Sequence record: DRR378314_1717
DNA: 34,816 nt
Strand: one strand, 5' to 3'
Positions 9,889 to 18,872 of this stretch are shown piece after piece. The translations under genes were made by a program, and so were the position numbers. The notes beneath the pieces are model-generated. The model did no database searches and was not told the DNA's origin. It worked only from the letters and a program-made list of their open reading frames with translations. How positions within the stretch are numbered: the first letter of the stretch is position 1; every line of letters starts with the position of its first letter.

Positions 9889-9908
9889 GGGGCGGTTTTA
9901 GCCGCCCC
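9889..9908 (+). terminator. intra-operon GC-rich stem-loop (weak terminator or mRNA-stabilising hairpin)
   Basis: GGGGCGG-TTTTAG-CCGCCCC just after the thiolase stop, with only a poor U tail. Confidence 0.5.
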
Positions 9909-9941
9909 CTTACGGTTAACATGAACCTAACTGGAGGCTCT

Positions 9942-10934
9942 ATGGCCCGCGACGATTCACATCTTCCCAAAGCGCTGCAAGGGTTGCGCATTCCTTTGAT
10001 CGCCTCGCCCTTGTTTATCATTTCGGTGCCGAAACTGGTGATTGCACAATGTAAGGCGGGCATCGTCGGTTCGTTTCCGGCGTTGAACGCGCGGGAAGGG
10101 GCGGGGGAACATCCGCTGCTTGATACATGGCTGACCGAGATCCGCGAAGAGCTGGACCGCCATAACCAGGCAAACCCCGACAGCCCTGCCGCGCCCTATG
10201 CGGTGAACCAGATTGTGCATCGTTCAAACGAACGTCTTGAACGCGATCTGGAGATCTGTGTGAAACACGAGGTGCCGATCTGGATCACCAGCCTGGGTGC
10301 GCGGGTCGAGGTGAACGAGGCGGCGCATTCCTGCGGCGGGATCGTGATGCATGACATCATCAACAACCGTTTTGCAAAAAAGGCGATTGAAAAGGGCGCG
10401 GATGGGCTGGTCGCTGTGGCGGCTGGTGCGGGCGGGCATGCAGGGCAGCAATCGCCTTTTGCTTTGGTGCGTGAAATCCGTGAATGGTTTGACGGGCCGG
10501 TTGCGCTTTCTGGGGCGATTGCCGCAGGAGAATCCTTGCTGGGGGCCCGAGCGATGGGGGCTGATCTGGGATATACCGGGTCGCCGTTTATTGCCACGGA
10601 TGAGGCGAATGCGGATCAAGGGTATAAGGATATGATCGTCGGCTCCGGTGCCGAAGACATTGTTTATTCGTCCTTGTTCACCGGCGTTTGGGGCAACTAC
10701 CTGAAAGGATCGGTGACTGCTGCAGGCATGGACCCTGACAACCTGCCGCAAGCGGATGCCTCGTCAATGAATTTCGGGTCGGATCGTGAAAAGCCGAAAG
10801 CCTGGAAAACCATTTGGGGATCGGGGCAGGGGATTGGGGCAGTAAAATCCGTCGGTCCCGCGCATAAGATCGTGGACCGGATGGCAGATGAATATTTCGC
10901 GGCGGGCAAGAAACTGGCCGCAGAATTTTCATGA
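9942..10934 (+). CDS. nitronate monooxygenase / FabK-like FMN-dependent oxidoreductase family protein
   Basis: IASPLFIIS, GAGGHAG, LSGAIA and GADLGYTGSPFIAT motifs. ATG 9942 follows GGAGG. Confidence 0.87.
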   Translation: MARDDSHLPKALQGLRIPLIASPLFIISVPKLVIAQCKAGIVGSFPALNAREGAGEHPLLDTWLTEIREELDRHNQANPDSPAAPYAVNQIVHRSNERLERDLEICVKHEVPIWITSLGARVEVNEAAHSCGGIVMHDIINNRFAKKAIEKGADGLVAVAAGAGGHAGQQSPFALVREIREWFDGPVALSGAIAAGESLLGARAMGADLGYTGSPFIATDEANADQGYKDMIVGSGAEDIVYSSLFTGVWGNYLKGSVTAAGMDPDNLPQADASSMNFGSDREKPKAWKTIWGSGQGIGAVKSVGPAHKIVDRMADEYFAAGKKLAAEFS

Positions 10935-11581
10935 GTGAACTTTTGGTCATTCGCCACGGGCAGGCATCCTTTGGACAGGACAACTATGATGTGCTGTCCG
11001 ATTTGGGAGTTCAACAGTCTTTGGCGGTTGGTGCATTGCTGCGCGATATCGGCTGGGTGCCGGATCGATTGGTGACGGGCACGTTGAAACGACAGCGTGA
11101 TACGCTGTCATCGATGGGGTTCACCCAAACGCCCGAAGAACATGCAGGTTTCAACGAATACGACTTTGGAGACCTGCTGCATGCGCGCTTCAAAGGGGAT
11201 GTGCCTGATCTGGTCAAAGGCGAGCGCAAGACCCATTTCCGCGCGCTACGCGAAACCGTCTTTGAATGGCAGGATGCTGCGTTTGATGGCGCTTCGGAAA
11301 CATATGCCGAGTTTGCCGCAAGGGTTGAAACCGCGCGTGCCTTTGCCTGCGACACCACGGCCAAGCGGGTGCTGGTGATCTCTTCCGGTGGTGTCATCGG
11401 GCAGATGACGGCAACGGCATTGGGGGCGGGCAAACGCCAGATGATGGAATTGAATTTGCAGATCAAAAATACCGCCATGACGCGGTTCATGTTTTCCGGG
11501 GCACGGTTTGGTTTGCATGAATTCAACGCGACACCGCATTTTATGACGCCTGCGGGTGCGGACCTGCTAAGCTATAGCTGA
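10931..11581 (+). CDS. histidine phosphatase family protein
   Basis: VIRHGQASFG, RQRDT, FNEYD and ISSGGVI motifs (second His replaced by Ser); ATGA overlap. Confidence 0.88.
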   Translation: MSELLVIRHGQASFGQDNYDVLSDLGVQQSLAVGALLRDIGWVPDRLVTGTLKRQRDTLSSMGFTQTPEEHAGFNEYDFGDLLHARFKGDVPDLVKGERKTHFRALRETVFEWQDAAFDGASETYAEFAARVETARAFACDTTAKRVLVISSGGVIGQMTATALGAGKRQMMELNLQIKNTAMTRFMFSGARFGLHEFNATPHFMTPAGADLLSYS

Positions 11582-11590
11582 GGGAAGAAG

Positions 11591-12622
11591 ATGAGCGCAG
11601 ACACACAGACGTTGGATGAGGCCGCTGTCGCCGGGTATCTTAAGGAACATCTGCCCGGGTTCGCGGGGCCGATGGCGGTGACCAAGTTTCAGGGCGGGCA
11701 AAGCAACCCGACTTTCATGTTGGAAACGCCAACCAAAAATTATGTGCTGCGGCGCAAACCGCCGGGAGTTCTGTTGAAATCCGCCCATGCGGTGGACCGT
11801 GAGTTCCGGGTACAAAAGGCGCTGGAAGGATCGGAGGTGCCGGTCAGCAAGATGCACGTGCTTTGCGAGGATGATAATATCATCGGGTCGATGTTTTACG
11901 TCATGGACCATGTCCCGGGGCGCAATTTCAACGAACCTGCAATGCCAGACCTGACCCTGGCGGAGCGCGGCGGCATTACGGATGAGATGAACCGTGTGCT
12001 GGCTGCTCTGCATCAGGTTGATATCGGCGCGGTTGGTCTGGATGATTACGGCCCCGCGGGGAATTATTTCGAACGGCAGGTGGGGCGGTGGACCAAACAG
12101 TATAAAGCGTCGGAAACGCAAAGCATTCCGGCAATGGACGAGCTGATGAACCTTCTGGTCGAAGCCCGGCCTGCTGATGACGGGCAACGCACGCTGGTGC
12201 ATGGGGATTATCGGATCGACAATATGATTTTTGATGCCACGTCCACAGATTGCCGGGCGGTACTGGATTGGGAGCTGTCGACAATCGGCCACCCCTTTGC
12301 GGATCTGGCAGCTGTGATCATGCAATGGCAACTGCCTTCTGGCACCGAAGGGCGTGGGATGGGTGGCCTTGATCGTGCGGCACTTGGGCTGCCCTCGGAT
12401 GAGGAATTCATCGCCGCCTATTGCAAACGGCGGGGTCTGAAGGGTATCGACAATTTCGGCTATTACCTCGGCTTTTGCTTCTTTCGCATGGCAGGGATCA
12501 TTCAAGGCGTGTTGAAACGGGCACTGGACGGCAACGCTTCCAACCCGGAACGCGCGATGAAGGTCGGGGCTTTTGTGCCAGTCTTCGCCCAGCACGGGCT
12601 GGAGGCGCTAAAACGGGGATAA
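11591..12622 (+). CDS. APH-family phosphotransferase, ACAD10/ACAD11 N-terminal kinase-like
   Basis: GGQSNPT, LRRKPPG...SAHAVDREF, HGDYRIDN and VLDWELSTIGHP motifs. Confidence 0.9.
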   Translation: MSADTQTLDEAAVAGYLKEHLPGFAGPMAVTKFQGGQSNPTFMLETPTKNYVLRRKPPGVLLKSAHAVDREFRVQKALEGSEVPVSKMHVLCEDDNIIGSMFYVMDHVPGRNFNEPAMPDLTLAERGGITDEMNRVLAALHQVDIGAVGLDDYGPAGNYFERQVGRWTKQYKASETQSIPAMDELMNLLVEARPADDGQRTLVHGDYRIDNMIFDATSTDCRAVLDWELSTIGHPFADLAAVIMQWQLPSGTEGRGMGGLDRAALGLPSDEEFIAAYCKRRGLKGIDNFGYYLGFCFFRMAGIIQGVLKRALDGNASNPERAMKVGAFVPVFAQHGLEALKRG

Positions 12623-12626
12623 GAAT

Positions 12627-13442
12627 GTGATGGACGACCTTCAGATCAGCGCGGATGACATGAAAGACCGTAATTTCGTCACCGCCTTGGCGCGTGGGCT
12701 GGAGTTGCTGCGGTGTTTCCGCCCCGGTGAGGTTTCCCTCAGCAACTCGGACTTGTCAGAGCGCACGGGTCTGCCGAAAGCCACGATCTTTCGATTGACC
12801 CACACGCTGTGTGCGCTTGACTATCTTGTGGCCGATACCCGCGCAGGGACCTATCGCTTAAGTGCCGGTGTGCTGCATCTTGGATTCAGCGTGCTGTCAG
12901 CGATCGATATTGGTGAGCGGGCGCAATTTGAAATGCGCCAGTTGCGCGATGGGCCGAACAGTTACATCACCGTCGCCCTTGGAGAGCAGCATCAGCTGGA
13001 TGTGATCTATCTGGTGACCTGTAACTCGCACGAAGGTGTTGCACTTTCGATCCGGGTGGGCACCCGCCTGCCGCTGTTTGATTCAGGAATGGGTCAGGCG
13101 ATTCTGGTGGGGATGCAGGATGATGCCCGAGAGGCGGTTTTTGAAATTGCCGGTCGTGAAAGCAGCCAGCGAGAAGCGGACGGGCGTGCCCGGTTTGCGG
13201 AGGCCAAATCCTTCTACGAGGTTAATGGCTTCTGCACCGGCTACGGAACCTGGCGGTCGGATGTAAACGGCATTGCCGTGCCGGTCTTCTCTTTGGGTGG
13301 GGCACGGGTTTACGGGTTGAACGTCGGAGGGCCGTCGTTTCATGTAAAACCGAAACAACTTGAAAACGTATATGCACCACGTCTGATAAAAGCTGGCGAA
13401 GCACTTAGTGTTCGCATCGGTGAAGAGCCTCGCGGTCAGTAG
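12627..13442 (+). CDS. IclR-family transcriptional regulator
   Basis: N-terminal HTH FVTALARGLELL...LSERTGLPKATIFRLTHTL; C-terminal GTRLP...SGMG and GIAVPV. Start GTG 12627 or ATG 12630. Confidence 0.93.
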   Translation: MMDDLQISADDMKDRNFVTALARGLELLRCFRPGEVSLSNSDLSERTGLPKATIFRLTHTLCALDYLVADTRAGTYRLSAGVLHLGFSVLSAIDIGERAQFEMRQLRDGPNSYITVALGEQHQLDVIYLVTCNSHEGVALSIRVGTRLPLFDSGMGQAILVGMQDDAREAVFEIAGRESSQREADGRARFAEAKSFYEVNGFCTGYGTWRSDVNGIAVPVFSLGGARVYGLNVGGPSFHVKPKQLENVYAPRLIKAGEALSVRIGEEPRGQ

Positions 13443-13458
13443 TTTCGCAGAGCGGAAT
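13442..13458. promoter_or_regulatory. palindromic operator candidate (copy 2) at the start of the intergenic region before the ABC transporter
   Basis: GTTTCGC-AGA-GCGGAAT; right half-site identical to copy 1. Confidence 0.45.
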
Positions 13459-13810
13459 TCGGCGCGGTTAAATTCTGTCGATTCCCGTATTCCGTGTCTG
13501 GTTTTTTGGCGCTGCCTCTGGCGCGATTGTACTGCCAGCCCGACATGCGAATGATGTCGATTTGCGGCAGGTATTGTGTGAGTGAAATTGCTTTATTCAT
13601 ATAAATCATGGGATTGCGGATATTCTCCGAAATCACTCTTGCCTGTATCGATTTTTCCGGCGCTGAATTATATCGCTGATTTTCCCAAAATTACGCAGGG
13701 GAACAGATCACCTGTCCTCTTGACTTTGTCAGGGGGTGTGCAACTCTTTCTCCATCTAACAAGACCCCGAAAATATGAACTGGGGCGTGCTAAATCCTTG
13801 GGAGGAACAC

Positions 13811-15055
13811 ATGAAAAATCTAACGAAACTGGGCGTGGTTTCTGCGCTTTCGCTGGTCATTGGCGCTTCCGCTGCTTTTGCCGAAAACATCAAGATCGCT
13901 TTTATTGATCCCCTGTCTGGCCCCTTTGCCAGTACCGGCACAAACGGTCTGCACCAGTTTGAATTTGCCGCCGACCATATGGTCAATGAAAAGGGTGGCG
14001 TGTTGGGAGGCACAAACTTTGAAATCGTCGCTTTCGACAATAAGATCAGCCCGAAAGAATCCCTGATCCAGCTTCAGGTCGCGATTGACCAGGGCATCCG
14101 GTACATTGCACAGGGCAATAGCTCTGGTGTGGCGAACGCGCTGACCGAGGCGATTGACAAGCACAACAAGCGCAACCCGGACAGCCGTGTTTTGTTTCTG
14201 AACTATGCGGCGGTTGATCCTGCCCTGACAAATGAGAAGTGTAATTTCTGGCACTTCCGCTTTGACGCCAATGCCGACATCAAGATGGACGCGCTGACAG
14301 ATGTCATGGCTGCTGATGAGAACATGAAGAAAGTCTATATCATCGGTCAGGACTATTCCTTTGGTAAGGCTGTGGCTGCTGCCGCGGTTTCAAACCTGGC
14401 CAGCAAACGTTCCGACGTTGAGATTGTGGGCAATGAATTGCACCCGATTGGCAAGGTTAAGGACTTTACACCCTATTCACGCAAGATCGTCGCCTCTGGT
14501 GCGGATGCGGTGATTACCGGTAACTGGGGTGCTGACATGCTGGGTTTGGGCAAGTCGGTTATCGAAAACGGTTTTGATGGGCCTATCTACACCTATTACG
14601 CTGCCGGTTCCGGGATCACAGCGGCCTTTGGTGAAAGTGCAAAGGGGCGTATTCGACTGATCTCGCAGGGCGGTATCAACCCGATTGCCACCGATGAGGC
14701 GCGTGCGACATATGAAGCGTTTGAGGCAAAATACCCTGAGGGTAATATTGACCAGAGCCGCATCTTTAACGTGATCGGTATGCTGTCCCAAGCGATCGAG
14801 GCTGCTGGGACTGCGGATGATGTTGTCGCTGTGGCCAAGCAGCTTGAAGGCATGGAATATGAATCCATGTGGGGCGGTAAAGTGTTCATGCGTCCGCAGG
14901 ACCATCAAGCCATTCAGGATATGCATGTTGCCGTTCACACGGATGAAAATATCGACTTTGACTATGACCTGTCCGGCTATGGTGTTCTGACGGAGTCAAC
15001 TGTCGAGATGGCGTCGATGGACAGCCCGACGACATGTGAGATGAAGCGCCCTTAA
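13811..15055 (+). CDS. LIV-type (HAAT family) ABC transporter substrate-binding protein
   Basis: Sec signal peptide MKNLTKLGVVSALSLVIGASAAFA; IKIAFIDPLSGPFA; MRPQDHQ; GGAGG RBS before ATG 13811. Confidence 0.92.
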   Translation: MKNLTKLGVVSALSLVIGASAAFAENIKIAFIDPLSGPFASTGTNGLHQFEFAADHMVNEKGGVLGGTNFEIVAFDNKISPKESLIQLQVAIDQGIRYIAQGNSSGVANALTEAIDKHNKRNPDSRVLFLNYAAVDPALTNEKCNFWHFRFDANADIKMDALTDVMAADENMKKVYIIGQDYSFGKAVAAAAVSNLASKRSDVEIVGNELHPIGKVKDFTPYSRKIVASGADAVITGNWGADMLGLGKSVIENGFDGPIYTYYAAGSGITAAFGESAKGRIRLISQGGINPIATDEARATYEAFEAKYPEGNIDQSRIFNVIGMLSQAIEAAGTADDVVAVAKQLEGMEYESMWGGKVFMRPQDHQAIQDMHVAVHTDENIDFDYDLSGYGVLTESTVEMASMDSPTTCEMKRP

Positions 15056-15071
15056 GCGCCAATCTATATAA

Positions 15072-15100
15072 GGTCCGTCGCACGGGTTGTGCGGCGGGCC
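15072..15100 (+). promoter_or_regulatory. stem-loop after the SBP gene (differential mRNA stability or partial termination)
   Basis: GGTCCGTCGCAC-GGGTT-GTGCGGCGGGCC, a 12-bp stem with two G-U pairs. Confidence 0.6.
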
Positions 15101-15140
15101 AGATTTGCATTCTTTACCGCTTTTCCTCCAAGGGGGACCG

Positions 15141-16097
15141 ATGGAACTCATCCTCGTCAACATAATCGACGGGCTTGTGACCGGATTGCTGTTGTTCATG
15201 CTTTCGGCCGGCTTGACGCTGATCTTCTCAATGATGGGCGTTCTGAATTTCGCCCACGCCAGCTTTTACATGCTGGGTGCCTATTTTGCCTATCAGATCA
15301 GCATAGCGCTGGGATTCTGGGTTGGCCTGTTGATTGCCCCGCTGATTGTCGGGGTGATGGGTGCCGGTGTCGAACGATATGGGTTAAGGCGCGTGCATCA
15401 ATACGGTCATGTGCCCGAACTGATCTTTACCTTTGGTCTGGCATTATTGATCGAAGAACTGGTGCAGTTTATCTGGGGGAAGAACCAGATGCCCTATTCG
15501 ATCCCCGAGGTATTGGACTTCACAGCCTTTTCAATTGCCGGCAATTCGATCCCTGCGTTCAAGATTTTCATGATCTTCACCTCTGTCGGCATCTTCATCG
15601 GATTGTTGTTCATCCTGACAAAGACACGTGTCGGCATGATCATTCAGGCCGCGCTCAGCTATCCGCGCACGGTAGAGGCCTTGGGGCATAACGTGCCACT
15701 GATCTTTATGGGCGTGTTTGGTGTTGGCACCGCCTTGGCTGGTGTGGCTGGCGTGATCGCCGGGCCGGTGTTGGGCACTTTCCCGGGCATGGCCTTTGTA
15801 CTGGGCTCCATTGTGTTTGTGACCATCGTGATTGGTGGACTTGGCAGTCTTTGGGGCGCACTGGTTGCATCCCTGTTGATCGGGTGGATCACCACCTTTG
15901 CCAAATCCTATAATATTGCGATGTCGGACATTCTGAACGGACTTGGAATTGCAACGCCTGAAAACATGAGTGAAAATCCGCTGCGCGATTTATGGACAGT
16001 CACCAGCCCGCAAATTGCGGATATCCTGCCCTATATCCTGATGGTGCTGATCCTGATCTTCCGCCCGGCGGGCCTTTTCGGAAAGCGTGAATCATGA
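15141..16097 (+). CDS. LIV-type ABC transporter permease (LivH-like)
   Basis: GLTLIFSMMGVLNFAH, IGGLGS and RPAGLFG motifs; multiple TM segments; ATG 15141. Confidence 0.92.
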   Translation: MELILVNIIDGLVTGLLLFMLSAGLTLIFSMMGVLNFAHASFYMLGAYFAYQISIALGFWVGLLIAPLIVGVMGAGVERYGLRRVHQYGHVPELIFTFGLALLIEELVQFIWGKNQMPYSIPEVLDFTAFSIAGNSIPAFKIFMIFTSVGIFIGLLFILTKTRVGMIIQAALSYPRTVEALGHNVPLIFMGVFGVGTALAGVAGVIAGPVLGTFPGMAFVLGSIVFVTIVIGGLGSLWGALVASLLIGWITTFAKSYNIAMSDILNGLGIATPENMSENPLRDLWTVTSPQIADILPYILMVLILIFRPAGLFGKRES

Positions 16098-17392
16098 CCG
16101 ATCAGATCACAACAGATCCCAGCAAACCTTCCGAACGAATGCGCGCCGGGTCATTGACCCTGACGGCTGGCCCGTGGGTGGTTGCCGCCATTGCATTGAT
16201 GATCATGCCGTATATCTTCACGTCAAATTCCGCGCTGACAATCATGAACCAGATGTGGATCACGGTGATCTTTGCGCTGGCCTATAACATGTTGCTGGGG
16301 CAGGGCGGGATGCTGTCCTTTGGCCATGCGGTTTACATGGGCCTTGGCGGGTTCTTCTGCATGCACATCATGAATTACGTCGAGGACTTTGGCCTCGCGC
16401 TTCCCTTGCCGCTGCTGCCTTTGTTCGGTGGTCTATTCGGCATGGGCTTTGCGATGATTATCGGTTCCTTTTCGACCTCCGGTGCGGGTACACGCTTTGC
16501 CATGATCTCGCTTGGGGTTGGCGAATTGATTGCCGCTTGTTCAGTGATCATCGTGGCCTTCTTTGGCGGCGAAGAAGGGATCTCCGGTGACCGTACCTAT
16601 GGTCTGCCTTTCTTTGGCATCGAGTTCCTGAAGCAGATCGAGGTCTATTATCTGATCTCTTTCTGGCTGATGTTGTCGGCGCTTTTGATGTACCTGTTTT
16701 CGCGCACCCCCGTTGGCCGTATGGCAAATGCGGTACGGGACAACCCGGAGCGTGCGCAGTTCCTTGGTTACTCTGCCCGTTGGGTCCGGTTCTACAGCTT
16801 CTGTGCATCCGGCTTTTTCTGTGGCATCGCGGGCGGGCTGTTCGCCATCAGCTATGAAATCCTGACGGAAGAAAACCTGAATGCTGCTTCCTCTGGTGTG
16901 ATCCTCTTGGTGACATTCCTTGGTGGGGTTGGGTTCTTCTTTGGCCCGATCATCGGCGCAATTGTGTTCACGCTTTTGCAAACGGTCCTCAGTCTTCAGA
17001 CAGAGCTTTGGGCGATCTATGTGGGTTCGTTGTTCCTGGCCACTGTGATGTTCTTTCCCGGTGGGCTTGCCGGGTTGATGATGATGCATGTGCCGGCTGT
17101 CCGATTGGGCAAGGCCGGGGGGTTATTGGTGCCCTATTTCAAAACACTGGTGCCTGCCGCGATTGGTGTTCTGGGGATTTGCGCGCTGATCGAAATGGTT
17201 TTCCATGTTCGCCATGGTGCAACCGGTGATGTCGAAATGACCCTGTTCTGGACAACCTTTGACAGCCACACGGTACTGCCTTGGATCATTGCCGCATTGG
17301 TTGCGGTGGTGGGCATCGGCATCGCCAAAGCCACAGCACCGGGTTTGAAAGAGGCTTGGGACGAGGCGAATACCCCAGGAGGTGCATCATGA
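16094..17392 (+). CDS. LIV-type ABC transporter permease (LivM-like)
   Basis: YNMLLGQGGMLSFGHA, AVRDNPERA and LGGVGFFFGP motifs; ATGA overlap. Confidence 0.92.
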   Translation: MTDQITTDPSKPSERMRAGSLTLTAGPWVVAAIALMIMPYIFTSNSALTIMNQMWITVIFALAYNMLLGQGGMLSFGHAVYMGLGGFFCMHIMNYVEDFGLALPLPLLPLFGGLFGMGFAMIIGSFSTSGAGTRFAMISLGVGELIAACSVIIVAFFGGEEGISGDRTYGLPFFGIEFLKQIEVYYLISFWLMLSALLMYLFSRTPVGRMANAVRDNPERAQFLGYSARWVRFYSFCASGFFCGIAGGLFAISYEILTEENLNAASSGVILLVTFLGGVGFFFGPIIGAIVFTLLQTVLSLQTELWAIYVGSLFLATVMFFPGGLAGLMMMHVPAVRLGKAGGLLVPYFKTLVPAAIGVLGICALIEMVFHVRHGATGDVEMTLFWTTFDSHTVLPWIIAALVAVVGIGIAKATAPGLKEAWDEANTPGGAS

Positions 17393-18150
17393 GTGTTCCA
17401 GCACTTGAGCTGACCGGCCTTAAGAAGAGTTTTGGCAAAGCCGAGATTATTCGCGGGATCGACCTGTCAATTGGCAAGGCAGAACGTCATGCCATCATCG
17501 GCCCCAACGGCGCGGGCAAATCGACGCTGTTCAACCTGATCACTGCGCGCTTCCCGCCAACAGCGGGCACGGTGAAACTGCATGGGGAAGACCTGGCTGG
17601 TCTGGAACCCTATCAGATCAACCGCAAAGGTCTGTCACGATCATTCCAGATCACCAACATCTTTCCGGCCATGTCGGTGTTCGAGAATGTCCGTTGTGCA
17701 CTGCTTTGGGCGCAGGGATATAAATACTCCTTCTGGAATCTCGTGAACAACAGTCGCGGGTTGACCGAAGGGGCGGATGCCATCCTTGATCAAATCAACC
17801 TGCTTGAGCGCCGCAACCTGCCGGCGGGCACCCTGTCTTATGCGGAACAACGCGCCCTTGAAATCGGCATCACCATCGCCGGCGGCGCGGATGTGATCAT
17901 GCTGGATGAACCCACCGCCGGAATGAGCCATTCGGAAACCGACTATATCACCGACCTCATTATGAAGGTCACCGAAGGCAAGACTTTGATCATGGTGGAA
18001 CATGATATGGGTGTTGTCTTTGGCCTTGCTGACCGGATTTCCGTATTGGTCTATGGTGAGATTATCGCAACCAATACCCCCGAACTGGTGCGTGCGGATT
18101 CCAAGGTTCAGGAAGCCTATCTGGGTGCTGCGCTGGAGGAAGAACATTGA
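17389..18150 (+). CDS. LIV-type ABC transporter ATP-binding protein (LivG-like)
   Basis: Walker A GPNGAGKS, MLDEPTAG, EHDM and EAYLG motifs. ATG 17389 overlaps the upstream stop. Confidence 0.93.
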   Translation: MSVPALELTGLKKSFGKAEIIRGIDLSIGKAERHAIIGPNGAGKSTLFNLITARFPPTAGTVKLHGEDLAGLEPYQINRKGLSRSFQITNIFPAMSVFENVRCALLWAQGYKYSFWNLVNNSRGLTEGADAILDQINLLERRNLPAGTLSYAEQRALEIGITIAGGADVIMLDEPTAGMSHSETDYITDLIMKVTEGKTLIMVEHDMGVVFGLADRISVLVYGEIIATNTPELVRADSKVQEAYLGAALEEEH

Positions 18151-18848
18151 TCGAAGTCACAGACATGCATGCCTATTATGGCAAATCTCACATCCTGCAA
18201 GGGGTCAGCATGAACGTGCAGGAAGGCGAGATTGTTGCGCTTTTGGGTCGCAATGGCGTGGGCCGTTCAACCACCTGCAAAGCGATTATGGGGGAGGTCG
18301 AACCGCAAGGATCTGTCAGGTTCAAAGGCCAGGAGATCGCTGGCAAGAAAGCCTTTGAGATCGCCAATCTCGGGATCGGCTATGTACCGGAAAACCGAGA
18401 TATCTTTCCCGGTCTCACCACGCGGCAGAACCTGACACTGGGGTTGAAACCAGGGCAGAAGGATGGTGCGGGCCGTTGGTCGATGCAGATGATGTTCGAC
18501 ATGTTCGAGAACCTGGACAGACGCGCGGATGTAGAGGCTTCGGTGTTGTCGGGCGGGGAGCAGCAGATGTTGACCATGTGCCGGACCTTGATGGGCGATC
18601 CTGATTTCGTCATGATTGACGAACCAACCGAAGGACTTTCCCCGCAGATGGTTCAAAAGGTCGCCGAGGTGCTTAAGGCGATTGCAGAACGGGGCATCTC
18701 GACCCTATTGGTCGAACAGAAGCTGTCGATTGCCATGGACATCGCGGACCGCGTTTATGTTATGGGTCACGGGCAGGTTGTGTTTGAAGGCACACCCGCC
18801 GAGTTGAAAAGCCGGGAAGACGTGCGCAAGGAATGGCTGGAAGTTTAA
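18147..18848 (+). CDS. LIV-type ABC transporter ATP-binding protein (LivF-like)
   Basis: GRNGVGRST, LSGGEQQML and IDEPTEGL motifs. TTG start overlaps the upstream TGA. Confidence 0.92.
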   Translation: MIEVTDMHAYYGKSHILQGVSMNVQEGEIVALLGRNGVGRSTTCKAIMGEVEPQGSVRFKGQEIAGKKAFEIANLGIGYVPENRDIFPGLTTRQNLTLGLKPGQKDGAGRWSMQMMFDMFENLDRRADVEASVLSGGEQQMLTMCRTLMGDPDFVMIDEPTEGLSPQMVQKVAEVLKAIAERGISTLLVEQKLSIAMDIADRVYVMGHGQVVFEGTPAELKSREDVRKEWLEV

Positions 18849-18872
18849 GACGACCGGAAAGTGAGGGCCGCG

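Noticed and set aside
9942-10934. Evidence for nitroalkane degradation
   Set aside because: This flavoprotein family is commonly found in fatty-acid clusters, and the family name does not establish the substrate.
11567-12595. 342-aa antisense ORF opposite the phosphotransferase
   Set aside because: No recognisable motifs, and it mirrors a well-supported gene. Long shadow ORFs are expected from GC-rich codon usage.
11591-12622. Aminoglycoside phosphotransferase resistance gene
   Set aside because: Motifs match the ACAD10/11 kinase-like subgroup and the neighbours are acyl-CoA enzymes.
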